A stretch of DNA of 64,000 nt from the NCBI GenBank assembly GCA_038087875.1, contig CM075978.1, positions 75,144,001 to 75,208,000 of the forward strand, written 5' to 3'. Under the pieces are notes generated by a model. That model saw only the letters and a list, made by a program, of their open reading frames with translations, did not search any database and was not told where the DNA came from. Made by a program: the position numbers and the translations under genes. Within the stretch, counting starts at the first letter, position 1. Each line of letters begins with the position of its first letter. This stretch comes from Malacoraja senta (Eukaryota). Positions 13,536 to 26,045 of the stretch are shown here, in pieces.

Positions 13536-14199
13536 GTAATCAATAACATGGAACAGCTGATAGACCAACTCCCTAAATGATGTCTACTCATCAACTACTA
13601 AAATCACCCAGCACCACAGAGAGAATTCCCTGAATTTACCACAAATGTAATAAGGTTTAAATTAACAAATTTCCAGAAGCATTTGGCAAATAAAAAATCA
13701 AGTTTATTGAGAATTCTCTAAAGATTTACCATCATTCACAGAAATTGTTGATTGCATTTGCATAAATTAGTATTTTAAAAACAAAGTCTTAAATCACAAA
13801 CATAAACTTCAGGATTTCAAACAACATGTTTTGGAAAAATAATAGAACACATTATTTGAGGATAATCTAAATATTAATTTTAATATCCAGAATATTGTTT
13901 ATATATTGTACCAAATATCTTAATGTTTGTGCAAATCCAATAAACAATTTCTGGGAATTAAGGAAACACTTGACAGAATTAATAAATATGAAGTATTTTT
14001 GCAAAGTGCTTCTGTCATATTTTTTCCCCCACGAGGAAAAGAAGGGAGTGTGGTAGGCTTACTAGAGAGGATATTTTAAACAATGGTTCACGAATATTAG
14101 GACTTGTGAAGAGACAAATCATAGACACACGCACATTGATATAAAATACATTTGCTGAGATCAATACAACACATATGTAAAAAGTTAACATATCTCCAG

Positions 14200-14282
14200 A
14201 TAGACACAAAATGTTGGAGTAACTCAGCGGGACAGGCAGCATCTCTGGAGAGAAGGAATAGGTGACGTTTCGAGTCGAGACC
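14200..14282 (-). mobile_element. 83-bp Penelope pLTR fragment with 13-bp TSD
   Basis: TSD aacatatctccag at 14187-14199 and 14283-14295. Confidence 0.88.
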
Positions 14283-15014
14283 AACATATCTCCAGCTACT
14301 TTGAGTATTTTGTAGTGAATTATGCCCAGCAATAGCACTCTAAAGCCACACAAGACCATGGCCATATAATTACAGGGTATAAATGTCTTACCAGGAGCTG
14401 TTTATATTTCTGCTGTTTATGAGTGCTGGCCATTTCTAATCAATTACCTGTTATAATGCATTAATCATCTACTTTCACTGCACTTGGAACAATTTTGTGA
14501 TTAATATGCATTTGCCATGGTGTCTGATATAACTGGGATTTAATTAACTGACAGATTGTGAACACCGATCAACTATTTGAGAATCCATTAAACATATAGA
14601 ACAGAACTGGTTACAATTACTGCTTTAGTTCAGAGTAGCATTGTTAATTCCACAACTGAAAGACAAAGAAAAACTGCACAACAGAGGTATGGTCCACAAT
14701 CATCAATCAGAAAAAAGGCATTCTAATTGAATAAGAAATGAGTTTAAACCTGGAACAAGTCCCATGGCTCAGAGCCCTTTCAGTAGTTTTAATATTTCAC
14801 TAAATATCATTCACTCCAATCGTCTTTTGAATAAAATCAGTCCTTCTTATTACATTTTGTTATTAAACCTGAAGGAGCCCATTTGGACCTGGACATTTTT
14901 GCTTGTAAAAAAAAATGGTTGTGTCCGTCTCCCCCCCCCCCCCCCCCCCCACTCAGTCTCTCTTGATGGTTCTGCAAGTTTCTTTTAGCCATCCCATTTG
15001 TGACTCAGTTAAAT

Positions 15015-15170
15015 GATTTGCTTGGTTGAGTCAAAAGATTCTAAGTTCATGTTCCACACCAGAGACTTGATGGTACAAGGAAAGTGTCTGGGCTGGTGCT
15101 TCAGTGCACGACTGAGAGAATACCGCACCATCAGAGGGGCTGCTGTATAACAAGGCTTTAAACCGAGGCA
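15015..15170 (+). mobile_element. Degenerate Deu-SINE (SacSINE1-like) 5' part
   Basis: gagtcaaaagatt...ccagagacttga...cagtgcacgactgagagaa...ttaaaccgagg resembles the shark Deu-SINE head. Confidence 0.5.
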
Positions 15171-16039
15171 CAATGTGCAAAAATTACAGGTTAATTCGCT
15201 CTTTTTTCTTGCAAGTAGAATGTGCCAAATGTGTTGGATTGTTTTTGACTTTTGGTTTTGCTCAGTGTGAACCACTGCGTCATCAAAAGGCAGCTAATAA
15301 TGTATGAAATAGCTAAACTGTCAGGACAAAGAGTTCATGATGTATGTGTCTGCTGACAGCTATGAAGAAGACAGTGGAGCACTGGACAATAGTTTAAACT
15401 TACTACTTCGACCAGTGAGACAACAGGTGGATTCTGACCACAGAAAGAGCTGCACCAACAGATAAAACATTCTCTATCTTTAGTTACAAAAACAGGGTTT
15501 GCTGACCCCTATGCAATGCGGGTAGACCCAAAGGATGTGATGCGCTCAGAGATAATTGATATGTCGTATGCTGCTTCAGATTGCTACATCACAGGGCAAA
15601 GAAACCACTGAGACCTACAAAAGATGTGAGGCTCCAGGAGAAATCTTCCCCCTGTATCTCTGGTAGAAGGAAAGATTTCCCCCACTTGAGATGGGGAAAG
15701 GATGCCAAGTATGACTCCTATGCCAGCTGTGTTCCCCACAGTTGTTATGTGTCCAGTACATTTCAACATCTGTATGGCCATTCTATACTGCTGTTCCTGG
15801 TGTATAGCTAGATGTGAATATCTCATAAATCTGTCACTTCCACCAACATGGTTAAGGCTCCAAATTCATGATTGTGGAAATCTATCAACTCCTTGCCCTT
15901 CCACATGGAGGTAAATGGCCTGATGGCAATTGATGTCTGCTATCCTGGTCAATATTTTTACCTTGCCAACTATTAGTGGAAAAACATTTTATCTGATGGT
16001 TATCTTGTTTCTTTATTACCTACATTACAACTTTATCTC

Positions 16040-18960
16040 TCTCATCTGGGTGCACGCCAGAGGGCTTCAGATGCTGTAATCATGACCATCTTTAGGAAAG
16101 AAGGCAAGTTAAATTGTGGTGATTACTGAAGGGTTCCCCTGCTTCTTCCCAGTTGCAAATGAGTTCCCCTCAGAGTCACGATGTGCAAATATCCATCGAG
16201 GTAAAATGGACACAAGCATCACCATGTAACAAATGCAGAAATAAAAGCAGCACTCTTGGGGCGGCACGGTGGCGCAGCGGTAGAGTCGCTGCCTTACAGC
16301 GAATGCAGCGCCAGAGACCCGGGTTCGATCCCGACTACGAGTGCTGGCTGTACGGAGCTTGTACATTCTCCCGTGATCACGTGGGTTTTCTCCAAGATCT
16401 TCGGTTTCCTCCCACACTCCAAAGACGTACAGGATTGTAGGTTAATTAACTTGGTATAAGTGTAAATTGTCCCAAGTGTGTGTAGGGTAGTGTTAATATG
16501 CGGGGATCACTGGTCAGCGCAGACCCGGTGGGCCGAAGGGCCTGTTTCCGTGATGTATCTCTAAACTAAACTAAACACTGCCCTCAATACACGGCCTTTA
16601 GCCCTACAAAGCCATTGACTCGATCAACCAGGGATAATGGAGAATCCTTCTCAAATTAGGCTGTATTGCAGAACTATGTTACCATTCTATGTATGCTGAA
16701 TGATGACATGCAGGACATAATCATAACCAATAGAACCAATAGATGTATTCAAAGGAGAATTAGATATAGCTCTTAGGGCTAACGGAACGAAGGGATATGG
16801 GGAGAAAGCAGGAACGAGGTACTGATTAGGATGACCCAATTTCAGTGCATAGCGGGGTTAATTTAGGACACGACTTTTCACTTTTTTTTATCATCCTTGC
16901 TGCGATACTCGCTTTTTCTTTGGAGGTTCCTCAGGATCAAAGGAGCAGGAAGTGGCTGATGGGGTGAGTAGGTGGGCAATTTAAGAGGTGCTGTCCTTCT
17001 TTCATTGCAGACAGCTTTACATGGCTCCCAGTGCATGACCACTAAGTTCTCGTCCACCCTTCCCCATGTTGTGTGGTCCTGGTGCAGGGCTTCCCAGTCA
17101 TCAGTAGTAACTCTTCTTCAGGAAGCGTGAAGCCCACACTCAACTCATTAACTTACCCATCTGATGGTCTCCCCCCACTTCAGAGCTGACAATAGTGTGT
17201 TTGTTTCTGGAGACATGAATTACATGGCCTCCAGACATGGACACCTGAGTAGCAACAAGAGGCTCAAAGCTAGGAATGTTGCCCTGGAGGGGAGCATAAG
17301 TAATGGTTCATTTATCCTTCCAGAGAATTTGGAAAGCCTTGAGGAGCATTAGTGGTATTTTTCTAGTACCTTGAGACGCCTCACCTATTATAATCTTCCC
17401 TTTGGAATGCAATTACTCTGTAGGACAAGAAGGAAACTGTTTCAGCTCTGCTGTCTCCACTTCAAAACCACATTCACCTCCGCCTCAATAGCTGATTTAT
17501 GGTACGCAGAGGGTGTTTGTGTTTACGCATATTTGGAGGCTGAGATCCCAGTCACTGTTGACTCCCTTGCTAAAGTTTATAAGAGACTGGGCCTTGCACT
17601 AACCATCTGGAAGACAAAGGTCTTCTGTCAGACTGTTTCCCATCCATCACCACCCCTGATGATCAAGATTTGCAAAGGAACAGAGTACTGATTGGGGATG
17701 ATCAGCCATGATCACATTGAATGGCGGGTGCTGGCTCGAAGGGCCAAATGGCCTACTCCTGCACCTACTGTCTATTGTCTATTGGGCATTAAAAAATGGA
17801 TCACTCTCCATTTCTCAGGAGCCTCCTCTCAGCAATGGCAGATATTAATGATGAAAGGGGAGACTTGATAGAAGTATATAAAATTATATAATAGAGGCAT
17901 AGATAAGGTGGACAGCTAGAACATTTTTTGCCAGGGTGGAAATGGCCAATGCTAGAGGGCATAGCTATCGGGTGAGATGGGGAAAGTTTAATGGAGATGT
18001 GTGGGGCAAGTGTTTATAAACAGAGGGTGGTGGGGGCCTGGAAAGTATTGGAAAGGTGGTGGAGACAGATACGATAGTAGTGTTTAAGAAGCTTTAAGAT
18101 AGGTACGTGGATGTTTTTGGGAGTAGAGGGCTATGGATCGTGAGTAGGCAGATGAGGTCAGTTTCACTTGACATCATGTTCGGCACAAACATTATGGGCC
18201 AAAGGGCCTGTTCCTGTGCTGTAGTGTTCTATGTTCTAAAACACCACCAACTCCAGTGCATCAAAACCTCCAGCTAACTGAGGGAAAAAGATGTCTGACG
18301 ATCAAGACCTTAAACCTGCCAGAAAGATCATAGTCTACGAGTTATCAACATAAATGCTTCAGAGGCATGAGTAAACTACAACAGACACCTCAAAGACGTC
18401 AACAGACCATCTCAAAGCACTGGAGAAGTACTAACAACATGGTGTAAAATCCTGCAAATCCATCCGAAAGGTCGGTGAACCAATGGCAACATCTACCCAC
18501 CATTGTGTTTCTGATCAGACACAACCAGCTCAACCAGTGAGGGTGGGGTTGGGGGTGGCACTTTATTTATAAGCATGGCACCAGATTCCTAAAGCAAGTA
18601 GTTTACTCTGAGCTTAGACATGGTAAGAGATTTTCGAGATTTCAACAAAAACACTTGAAGGATATCTCACCGTTGCCTTGAAAATATGGGCACCAACTCG
18701 TGGGCACCTCTGGGCATGACTGCTCAAAATGGAGAAGGAGCATTCAGGAAGATGCTGAGAATCTCAAGTCTCAACCACAGAACCGCGCAGAGGCCGTGTA
18801 CAGAGAGCAGAAGTAAACAGCATCCCAAATAATCAACAACCATCCTGTCAAGCAACAACTTGTGACAATGTCCAGACAAAGACAGAACCTACTAGACGCT
18901 CTTCAATCACCTCAGAACCACAGACCTGGAGTAGAAGCAGTCAGATTAAACTCCAAGGAC
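16040..18960 (+). mobile_element. Fragmented RTE-clade LINE with nested SINE and CR1 insertions
   Basis: DAVIMTIFRK..NCGDY, PESRC, KAIDSIN; ORF 17371-17691 LWYAEG (YADD position)...YKRLGLALTIWKTKV; interrupted at 16258-16575, ~16738-16835, ~17675-17783, ~17853-18237. Confidence 0.75.
16258..16575 (+). mobile_element. HE1-like V-SINE
   Basis: gggcggcacggtggcgcagcgg...ggttcgatccc...ttcctcccacactccaaagac...(ctaaa)3. Confidence 0.93.
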
Positions 18961-19076
18961 CTGCCTAAGCGTTGCACATTAACAGTGGTGTCACTTCAAA
19001 AGCATACTACAATAGCTGAACAGTGTTTTAGGATATTGTGAAAGATGCAAAAAAAAGAACATCTTCCTTTGTCATT

Positions 19077-19276
19077 NNNNNNNNNNNNNNNNNNNNNNNN
19101 NNNNNNNNNNNNNNNNNNNNNNNNNNNNNNNNNNNNNNNNNNNNNNNNNNNNNNNNNNNNNNNNNNNNNNNNNNNNNNNNNNNNNNNNNNNNNNNNNNNN
19201 NNNNNNNNNNNNNNNNNNNNNNNNNNNNNNNNNNNNNNNNNNNNNNNNNNNNNNNNNNNNNNNNNNNNNNNNNNNN
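19077..19276. other. Assembly gap (200 N)
   Basis: Run of 200 n; continuity across it is not assured. Confidence 1.
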
Positions 19277-19804
19277 ACTGGGCTTGCCTGCGATGCCCGA
19301 ATAACTGTCTGTGGTCACACAGAAATATTTGGTCACACATAAGCATTTCCACATGGTGAATAGTAAGATGGGTGTGTGCCCTTGAAAGCACATTCCAACG
19401 TAAATTATTGCTTCAGGAGAAAATAAAGTATGGAAAGATAAAAGTCATCTTCATCATAAGGTAACAAGTGTATCAAATTACTCGAGTATAAACAAAGTAT
19501 TATTATGCAAGGTTTACTTTACTGCCTTTTAAATGCATTAAAAAACAATTAATGTCCCAACATGCTTAGTTGGTGCCTTTCAACACTGAAGGATAGCTGC
19601 AGTAATTCCATTCTGAAGGCAGAATTTAGAACCACTAGTCTGCAAGGGAATTTAGGTGAAACCGTCATCCTCCAGCATGGCCCAATGGCCTGTTCCTTGC
19701 TCAAGAGCAGTCATAACGTTTTGCTTTGTCCTCAATGGAGCATGACCATTTCCTCAAAAAATCCGTACTTATAAAACAAGAGATTTTGGAAAATGGTGGC
19801 GAGA

Positions 19805-20165
19805 TCATAAGGTCATGAGGAAAAGGTGTAGAATTAGGCCATTCAGCCCATCAAGTCTATTCCGCCATTCAATCATGGCTAATCTATCTCTCCCAACCCC
19901 ATTCTCCAGCCTTCTCCCCATAACGCCGTACTAATCAAGAATCTATCTATCTCTGCCTTAAAAATATCCACTGGCTTGGCCTCCATAGACTTCTGTGGTA
20001 AAGAATTCCACAGATTCACCACCCTCTGACTATAGACATATCTCCTCATCTCCTTCCTATAAGAACGTCCTTTCATTCTGAGGCTATGGCATTGAGTCCT
20101 AGACTCTCCCATGAGTGGAAACATTCTCTCCACATCCACTCTATCCAAGCCTTTCACTATTCTGT
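19805..20165 (-). mobile_element. CR1 3' fragment
   Basis: Minus ORF KGLDRVDVERMFPL...QRVVNLWNSLPQ. Confidence 0.92.
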
Positions 20166-20530
20166 ATTCTGAGATAATACTTAGTTGGTGATTGTTTAAT
20201 ACTAACTCAGTGCAATCTGCTGAAAACTTTCATTGGGTCCTGAGTATTAGCAAAGGTACTCAAATTTTCATCAAATAAATTCTTAGGTGATTATGTCGCT
20301 CCAAATATTAAGATGACTAAAACCAGTTAGTTAAAATCAAGTAAATAACTGCTTATCTTCCCACAGACACAGCCCGATCTACTGAGTATTCCCAACAGTT
20401 TCTGATTTTCATTTCAGGTGCTAAAACAAGATCCTTTATGAAAAAGCAAAATTAAGTTAAAATTCAGGGACACTTTTTAAAATTTTATTAATCAAACATT
20501 TTAGTTCATAGTAAACACCATCGAGCTTAC

Positions 20531-21600
20531 CTTTTTGATTAAAAAAATTGCAAGATAATGTTATACTCAAAGGGTTAATTATCAAACACCAATGAAGGTT
20601 TCCATAAACACAACAAATTAATTAAAAAGGTATGCACTGCTGTACAAGGCGCCAGAGGTTCACTCCCCTGAGCAATTTTCTTTGTACAAAAATAGATGCG
20701 ACAAAGTACAAGACAACAACAGTCTGAAACAGAAAGGTACAAGTCCCTTTAAAATGGTGTTAGAAGCTTATTACTGGTCATGGAAGATCCCTGTGGCAAT
20801 GCCAGTGTTCATTTTTATCCCATCATCCCCAATAAACTGTGTTTGTAATTAAATAATATCTGAACAATTGTCCTCTTCAAAGGAGCCTCCACAGTTTTGT
20901 CCAGTTTTTTCTATATTTTTCTCCCCTCTCTTTCTTCCACAACAATTTTCTCAGGATACTAAGCAATCCTGATTTCTTATTTCTGCAAATGATCCAGCAT
21001 AAAAATATACATCTTCATATAGTTTAAAATGTTCCAAAATTGAGGCTGGATTTTTGATATGTTTGCATGGTGCACTGCAACCTCTGTCCCTTGGGTAGAG
21101 CAGAACGGAGGGTGGGTAGGGGAATATCCTCTTATTTTTAATAGTTCTCACTGATTCTGGCTGGATAATCTTGCTTTTCCTTTACCTTAAAATAACCAGG
21201 CAGCAATCACAGTGATGGCACCTGAAAAACTGTCAGATCTTCAGCGACTGGAAGGCTGTCAGTGTCGGTAGAAGCAAACAATGTTAGCATCAAAGCAAAA
21301 AATAACCTAAGAAATGAATTAAAAAGTCTGATTCAATAGGCCGTGAACACATGGGGGCAGGGATCACAACATGCAATTAACCTCCGTCCGCACAGAATAA
21401 TGCATGCAGCACACCACCCCCGTTCTGCCCGCTAATTGTAAGGGCTTCAGCAGTGAATCAATACTGAGTGGCTACTGTAGTATCACCAAAGCTAGCCTTT
21501 ACTTCGAAAACATTAGCGACACAGTGGTGCTGGTTTCCGGCGGGCACGGTGACGGACGCCCTCCCCATCGAGGAGGGCGTTGGTGATGTGGTCCCTCCAA
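20531..21600 (-). promoter_or_regulatory. Candidate non-coding exon(s)/alternative promoter of a minus-strand gene
   Basis: Repeat-poor; donor AAG|GTAAGC at 20531/20530; acceptors cctttctgtttcag (~20724) and ttcatttcttag (~21307); CpG cluster 21340-21590. Confidence 0.3.
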
Positions 21601-22459
21601 ATGACATTTTGAACTAAAATGTTTGAGCTAAAGCTGTTTCACATTTCAGGCTAACTGGGAAAACTGAAGATGGCATAATACTCAAGAACATGGGATCCAT
21701 TGGGATTTCAAACAAGGTAACAAAACATTTGGTGAGGGTGGTGGACAGATGAAAGATGTCCTATATCACAGGAGATCTGGAGACGTTCAGAGTCAAACAT
21801 GGAAAGCAAAGGGAGCAGATTGCCCTGGAGGTCAAGCCCTGATGTACTAAATGCTAAGCCACAAGAAGTTCAAGCAGCAGTCAGGTTCAGTGAACGCGTC
21901 CTCAAATCCGAGCAACCATCAACTGTATCAATCACTGTTCCCCAGATATTGCTCGTTAAACATCTCCACCACAACTCACTGATCAACAATCATTATCGGT
22001 CAGGCTCATTCCTAACACTTCTTTTCCTCTTATGGAAAAATGTGGCTCAAAAAGAGAAACCCAGGTAGACGTGCCAAATCTGTGGCCAGCAGGGGCACTA
22101 AAACAATAAAAGAATGGTTGTATGCGCTTACCCATACCCTTTCATACATCCCACCTCCTCTTCAGTCCACACGCTCCTTGGATTTACAATGGCATGGTGT
22201 CAACATACATCTATGGTGGTAGCTTTTGCTTTTGCATTTTGACAAAGGAGGCACTGTAATGACGAGTAATTGAGAGACAGTAATGTGCGGTAATGTCAAC
22301 AAATGAGGAACTGGTGATGGGATTGCTCAAATCTCATTAGGATGCATTTCATACAGCTGCACAGAAGGTAGTCCCCAGTCTTCACCCTGTTACATCTTCC
22401 CCTTAGCTCTTCACCATGCAGCCAGCACCAAGGCCAGCAGGTTGTACACTACATACTTC

Positions 22460-22573
22460 ACCCAAAACGTCATCCATTCCTTCTCTCCAGAGATGCTGCC
22501 TGTCTCGCCGAGTTACTCCAGCATTTTGAGTCTATCTTCGGTGTAAACCAGCATCTGCAGTTCCTTCCTACAC
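22460..22573 (+). mobile_element. Penelope pLTR fragment
   Basis: cccaaaacgtcatccattcc...gttccttcctacaca; no clear TSD. Confidence 0.85.
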
Positions 22574-23934
22574 AAACCCCTTGCTGTCATATTTATCAGA
22601 CCTTTTATAATTGTTTACCATACAAGGGATATGGGGAGAAAGCAGGAACACGGTACTGATTCTGGATGATCAAGTGGCCGAATGGCCTACTCCTGCACCT
22701 ATTTTCTATGTTTCTATGTTTCAATAGTCAAAGAAAGCCATATATTGTATGCTATTTATGAATGGTGTTCATGTTGATAGCAAGTCGATATAATCATGGA
22801 ATATTCTCCTGAAATCCATTTGACAGAGCTAACCGAATTAAAAAGATGTCGTCATTTATATGGCATGCCAGAGATTTTCAGAGAGAAAAAGATATTTAGG
22901 TATTGACATTATTGTTGAGAGGAAGCAATGTTACGGTTAAAAAGAAAGATAAGAAAATGCAAGAAGTGTCCTTTTGCTGGACAATGAGGCAAAGATCCTC
23001 ACAAATACAATATGCACAGTTAGTGGCCAGTGCCAGCACATCACACCAAAATGCACTAAAATTAGTTCATAGCATCCATCTGCCAATTTTTGTCATTTCA
23101 CCACAAAATTGCACACAACTGTAAATAGAAATTAGGTTACAGAGATGTCACGGCAAAAAAAGGGGCAAATTAATATATTTCACATTGTGCTTGACAAAAG
23201 AATACTGCATAGTACATTACTGTCAGGACACAGGCAAAATAGAATCTAGTTGTATCTGTCTATGTTCATGCACCAACCCTCAGCAGCTGGAGGTTGTGCC
23301 AGGTAAAACTCATACAAATGTAGAAACAAAAGGAAAAGATACACTTTACACCGTGGCTTTGTTAAAAATGACACTTTCAACAGATCTATAAAGTTGGTGT
23401 TGAAATAGCTTTCTTGTAAATGGAAAACTTGGAAATTGAATGGTGTTGATTAATAAATGGTGTAACAACACTTTATGAGTTTTAATACCAGTGAAAATAG
23501 TTCATACAATTGCTTCCCATATTTATTTAAATATAGTTTATTTCTAATAAAAGGTTCAGAATTCTCAAATACTGTTTCGTTTTTGAAAAACTTAATTGCA
23601 GGAAGTGTAGACGGCTGTTAAATGTATCTTTCCGCATTCGCTTCCTGATACCTTGCTCCTCTTAGGAGTTAAAATTAACTTCCTTATGCTTAAAAAATGC
23701 CACAGACTTCAAACTACTATCAATGATTTGGATCAGATCAACAGTTACAAGTGTTCGTACGATTACAAGTGTACAATTGTCAGTATGCTTTCCATGGTAC
23801 AGTTCTGCAAAAATGAGCCATCATTTTCAATGCTGTTTATACTCCTTTAGAAGTTTGTGGTGGGAGTAGGTAGAAAGTTCAATGTTTGAATACCAGTGGA
23901 TTGTTGAAAGCTGACTGACCATGATCACAACACT

Positions 23935-25095
23935 AAATGATTGCAGATATAATAGAAGCAAGGGATTTGACAAGGTTCTGCATGGTAGGCTGCTGTGGAA
24001 GGTTAGATCACATGGGATCCAAGGAGATAGCCAAATGGATATAAAATTGGCATCATGGAAGGATGGAGGAAAATAGTTTTTTTGCACTGGAAGTCTGTGA
24101 CTAGTGGTTTGCCTCAGAGTTCGGTGCTGGCTCCATTGCAGTTTGCCGCCTAATCAATGATTTGGATGAGAACGTACAAGGTATATGATCAGTAAGTTTG
24201 TAGATGACATTAAATTGGATGGTATTGTAAATAGTGAACGGTTGTCAAAAATTGCAGCAGGATCTTGATCGGTTGGGCAGGTGGGCTGAGGAATGGTGGT
24301 TGGAGTTTAACACGGAGAAGTGTGAGGTGTTCCATTTTGGGAAGTTTAACCAGGACAGGACCTACACAGTGAATGGCAGGGGATATGGGAGGTGAAGTAG
24401 AGCAGGCGGATTTAGGAATGCAGGTACATAGTTCTTTGAAAATGGTGTCAAAGATAGATAGGGTGGTCAAGAAGTCCTTCGACATATTGGCATTCATTGG
24501 TCTGGGTATTGAGTATAGAAGTTGGGAGGTCATTTTACAGTTGTACAAGACATTGGTGAGGCCACATTTAGATATTGTGTTCATGTTTATTCACCCTGTT
24601 ATAGGAAAGATGTTGTTAAGTTGGAACGGGCGCAGAGAAGATTTACAAGAATGTCACCAGAACTCGAGGGCCTGAGCTATAGGGAGAGGATGAGCAGGCT
24701 AGGACTTTATTCCTTGGAGTGCGGGAGGATGAGGGGTGATCTTATAGACCATGAGAGGAATAGATAGGATAAATGCACAGAGTCCCAGAGTTGGGGAATC
24801 ATGAAACAGAGGACATATGTTTAAGGTGCGGTGCGGGGGGGGGGGGGGGAGAGATTTAATAGGATCTTGGGGAGTAACCTTTTTTACACAAAGGGTGGTA
24901 TGTGGAATAAGCTGCCAGAGGAGGTAGTTGAGGCAGGTACTACTATGTTTAAAAAACATTGGACAGGTACATGGATAAGATAGGTTTAGAGGGATATGGG
25001 CCAAAGGCAGGCAGGTGGGACTAGTGTAGATGGGACATGTTGGTCAGCGTGTGCAAGTTAGGCCAGAGTGCGTGTTTCCATGCTGTATGACTCTG
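23935..25095 (+). mobile_element. Degenerate CR1 (RT to 3' UTR)
   Basis: SKGFDKVLHGRLL, SKFVDD, LQLYKTLVRPHL; frameshifted. Confidence 0.92.
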
Positions 25096-25271
25096 AGATG
25101 CCCCATGCGATGATATCACCTACAGGTTGTAGTTCTGATGGTCAATTCAATGTATGTCCTTGCAAACTGAATGACAAATTCCTGCCAAACATTGACTTTT
25201 TTTTAATGCACAGCCTGAGTGCTGCTTTTTAGTGCCAAAATAACTCCCTTTTAAATATTATTCTTTTCAGG

Positions 25272-26045
25272 AAACATAGAAACATATAAACATAGAAATT
25301 AGGTGCAGGAGTAGGCCATTCGGCCCTTCGAGCCTGCACCGCCATTCAATATGATCATGGCTGATCATCCAACTCAGTATCCCGTACCTGCCTTCTCTCC
25401 ATACCCTCTGATCCCTTTAGCCACAAGGGCCACATCTAACTCCCTCTTAAATATAGCCAATGAACTGGCCTCGACTACCCTCTGTGGCAGAGAGTTCCAG
25501 AGATTCACCACTCTCTGTGTGAAAAAAGTTCTTCTCATCTCGGTTTTAAAGGATTTCCCCCTTATCCTTAAGCTGTGACCCCTTGTCCTGGACTTCCCCA
25601 ACATCGGGAGCAATCTTCCTGCATCTAGCCTGTCCAACCCCTTAAGAATTTTGTAAGTTTCTATAAGATCCCCTCTCAATCTCCTAAATTCTAGAGAGTA
25701 TAAACCAAGTCTATCCAGTCTTTCTTCATAAGACAGTCCTGACATCCCAGGAATCAGTCTGGTGAACCTTCTCTGCACTCCCTCTATGGCAATAATGTCC
25801 TTCCTCAGATTTGGAGACCAAAACTGTACGCAATACTCCAGGTGTGGTCTCACCAAGACCCTGTACAACTGCAGTAGAACCTCCCTGCTCCTATACTCAA
25901 ATCCTTTTGCTATGAAAGCTAACATACCATTCGCTTTCTTCACTGCCTGCTGCACCTGCATGCCTACTTTCAATGACTGGTGTACCATGACACCCAGGTC
26001 TCGCTGCATCTCCCCTTTTCCTAGTCGGCCACCATTTAGATAATA
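25272..26045 (-). mobile_element. Young CR1/HER1-like LINE 3' fragment with uninterrupted ORF2 C-terminus
   Basis: ORF 25374-26099 is open from YYLNGG to GEKAGTGY*; (aaacatag)n tail at 25272-25297. Confidence 0.97.

Noticed and set aside
16258-16335. tRNA gene-like A/B boxes (also in other copies)
   Set aside because: These are SINE heads continuing into the V-domain and LINE tail, not tRNA genes.
18996-19393. ORFs containing poly-X
   Set aside because: They span the N gap.
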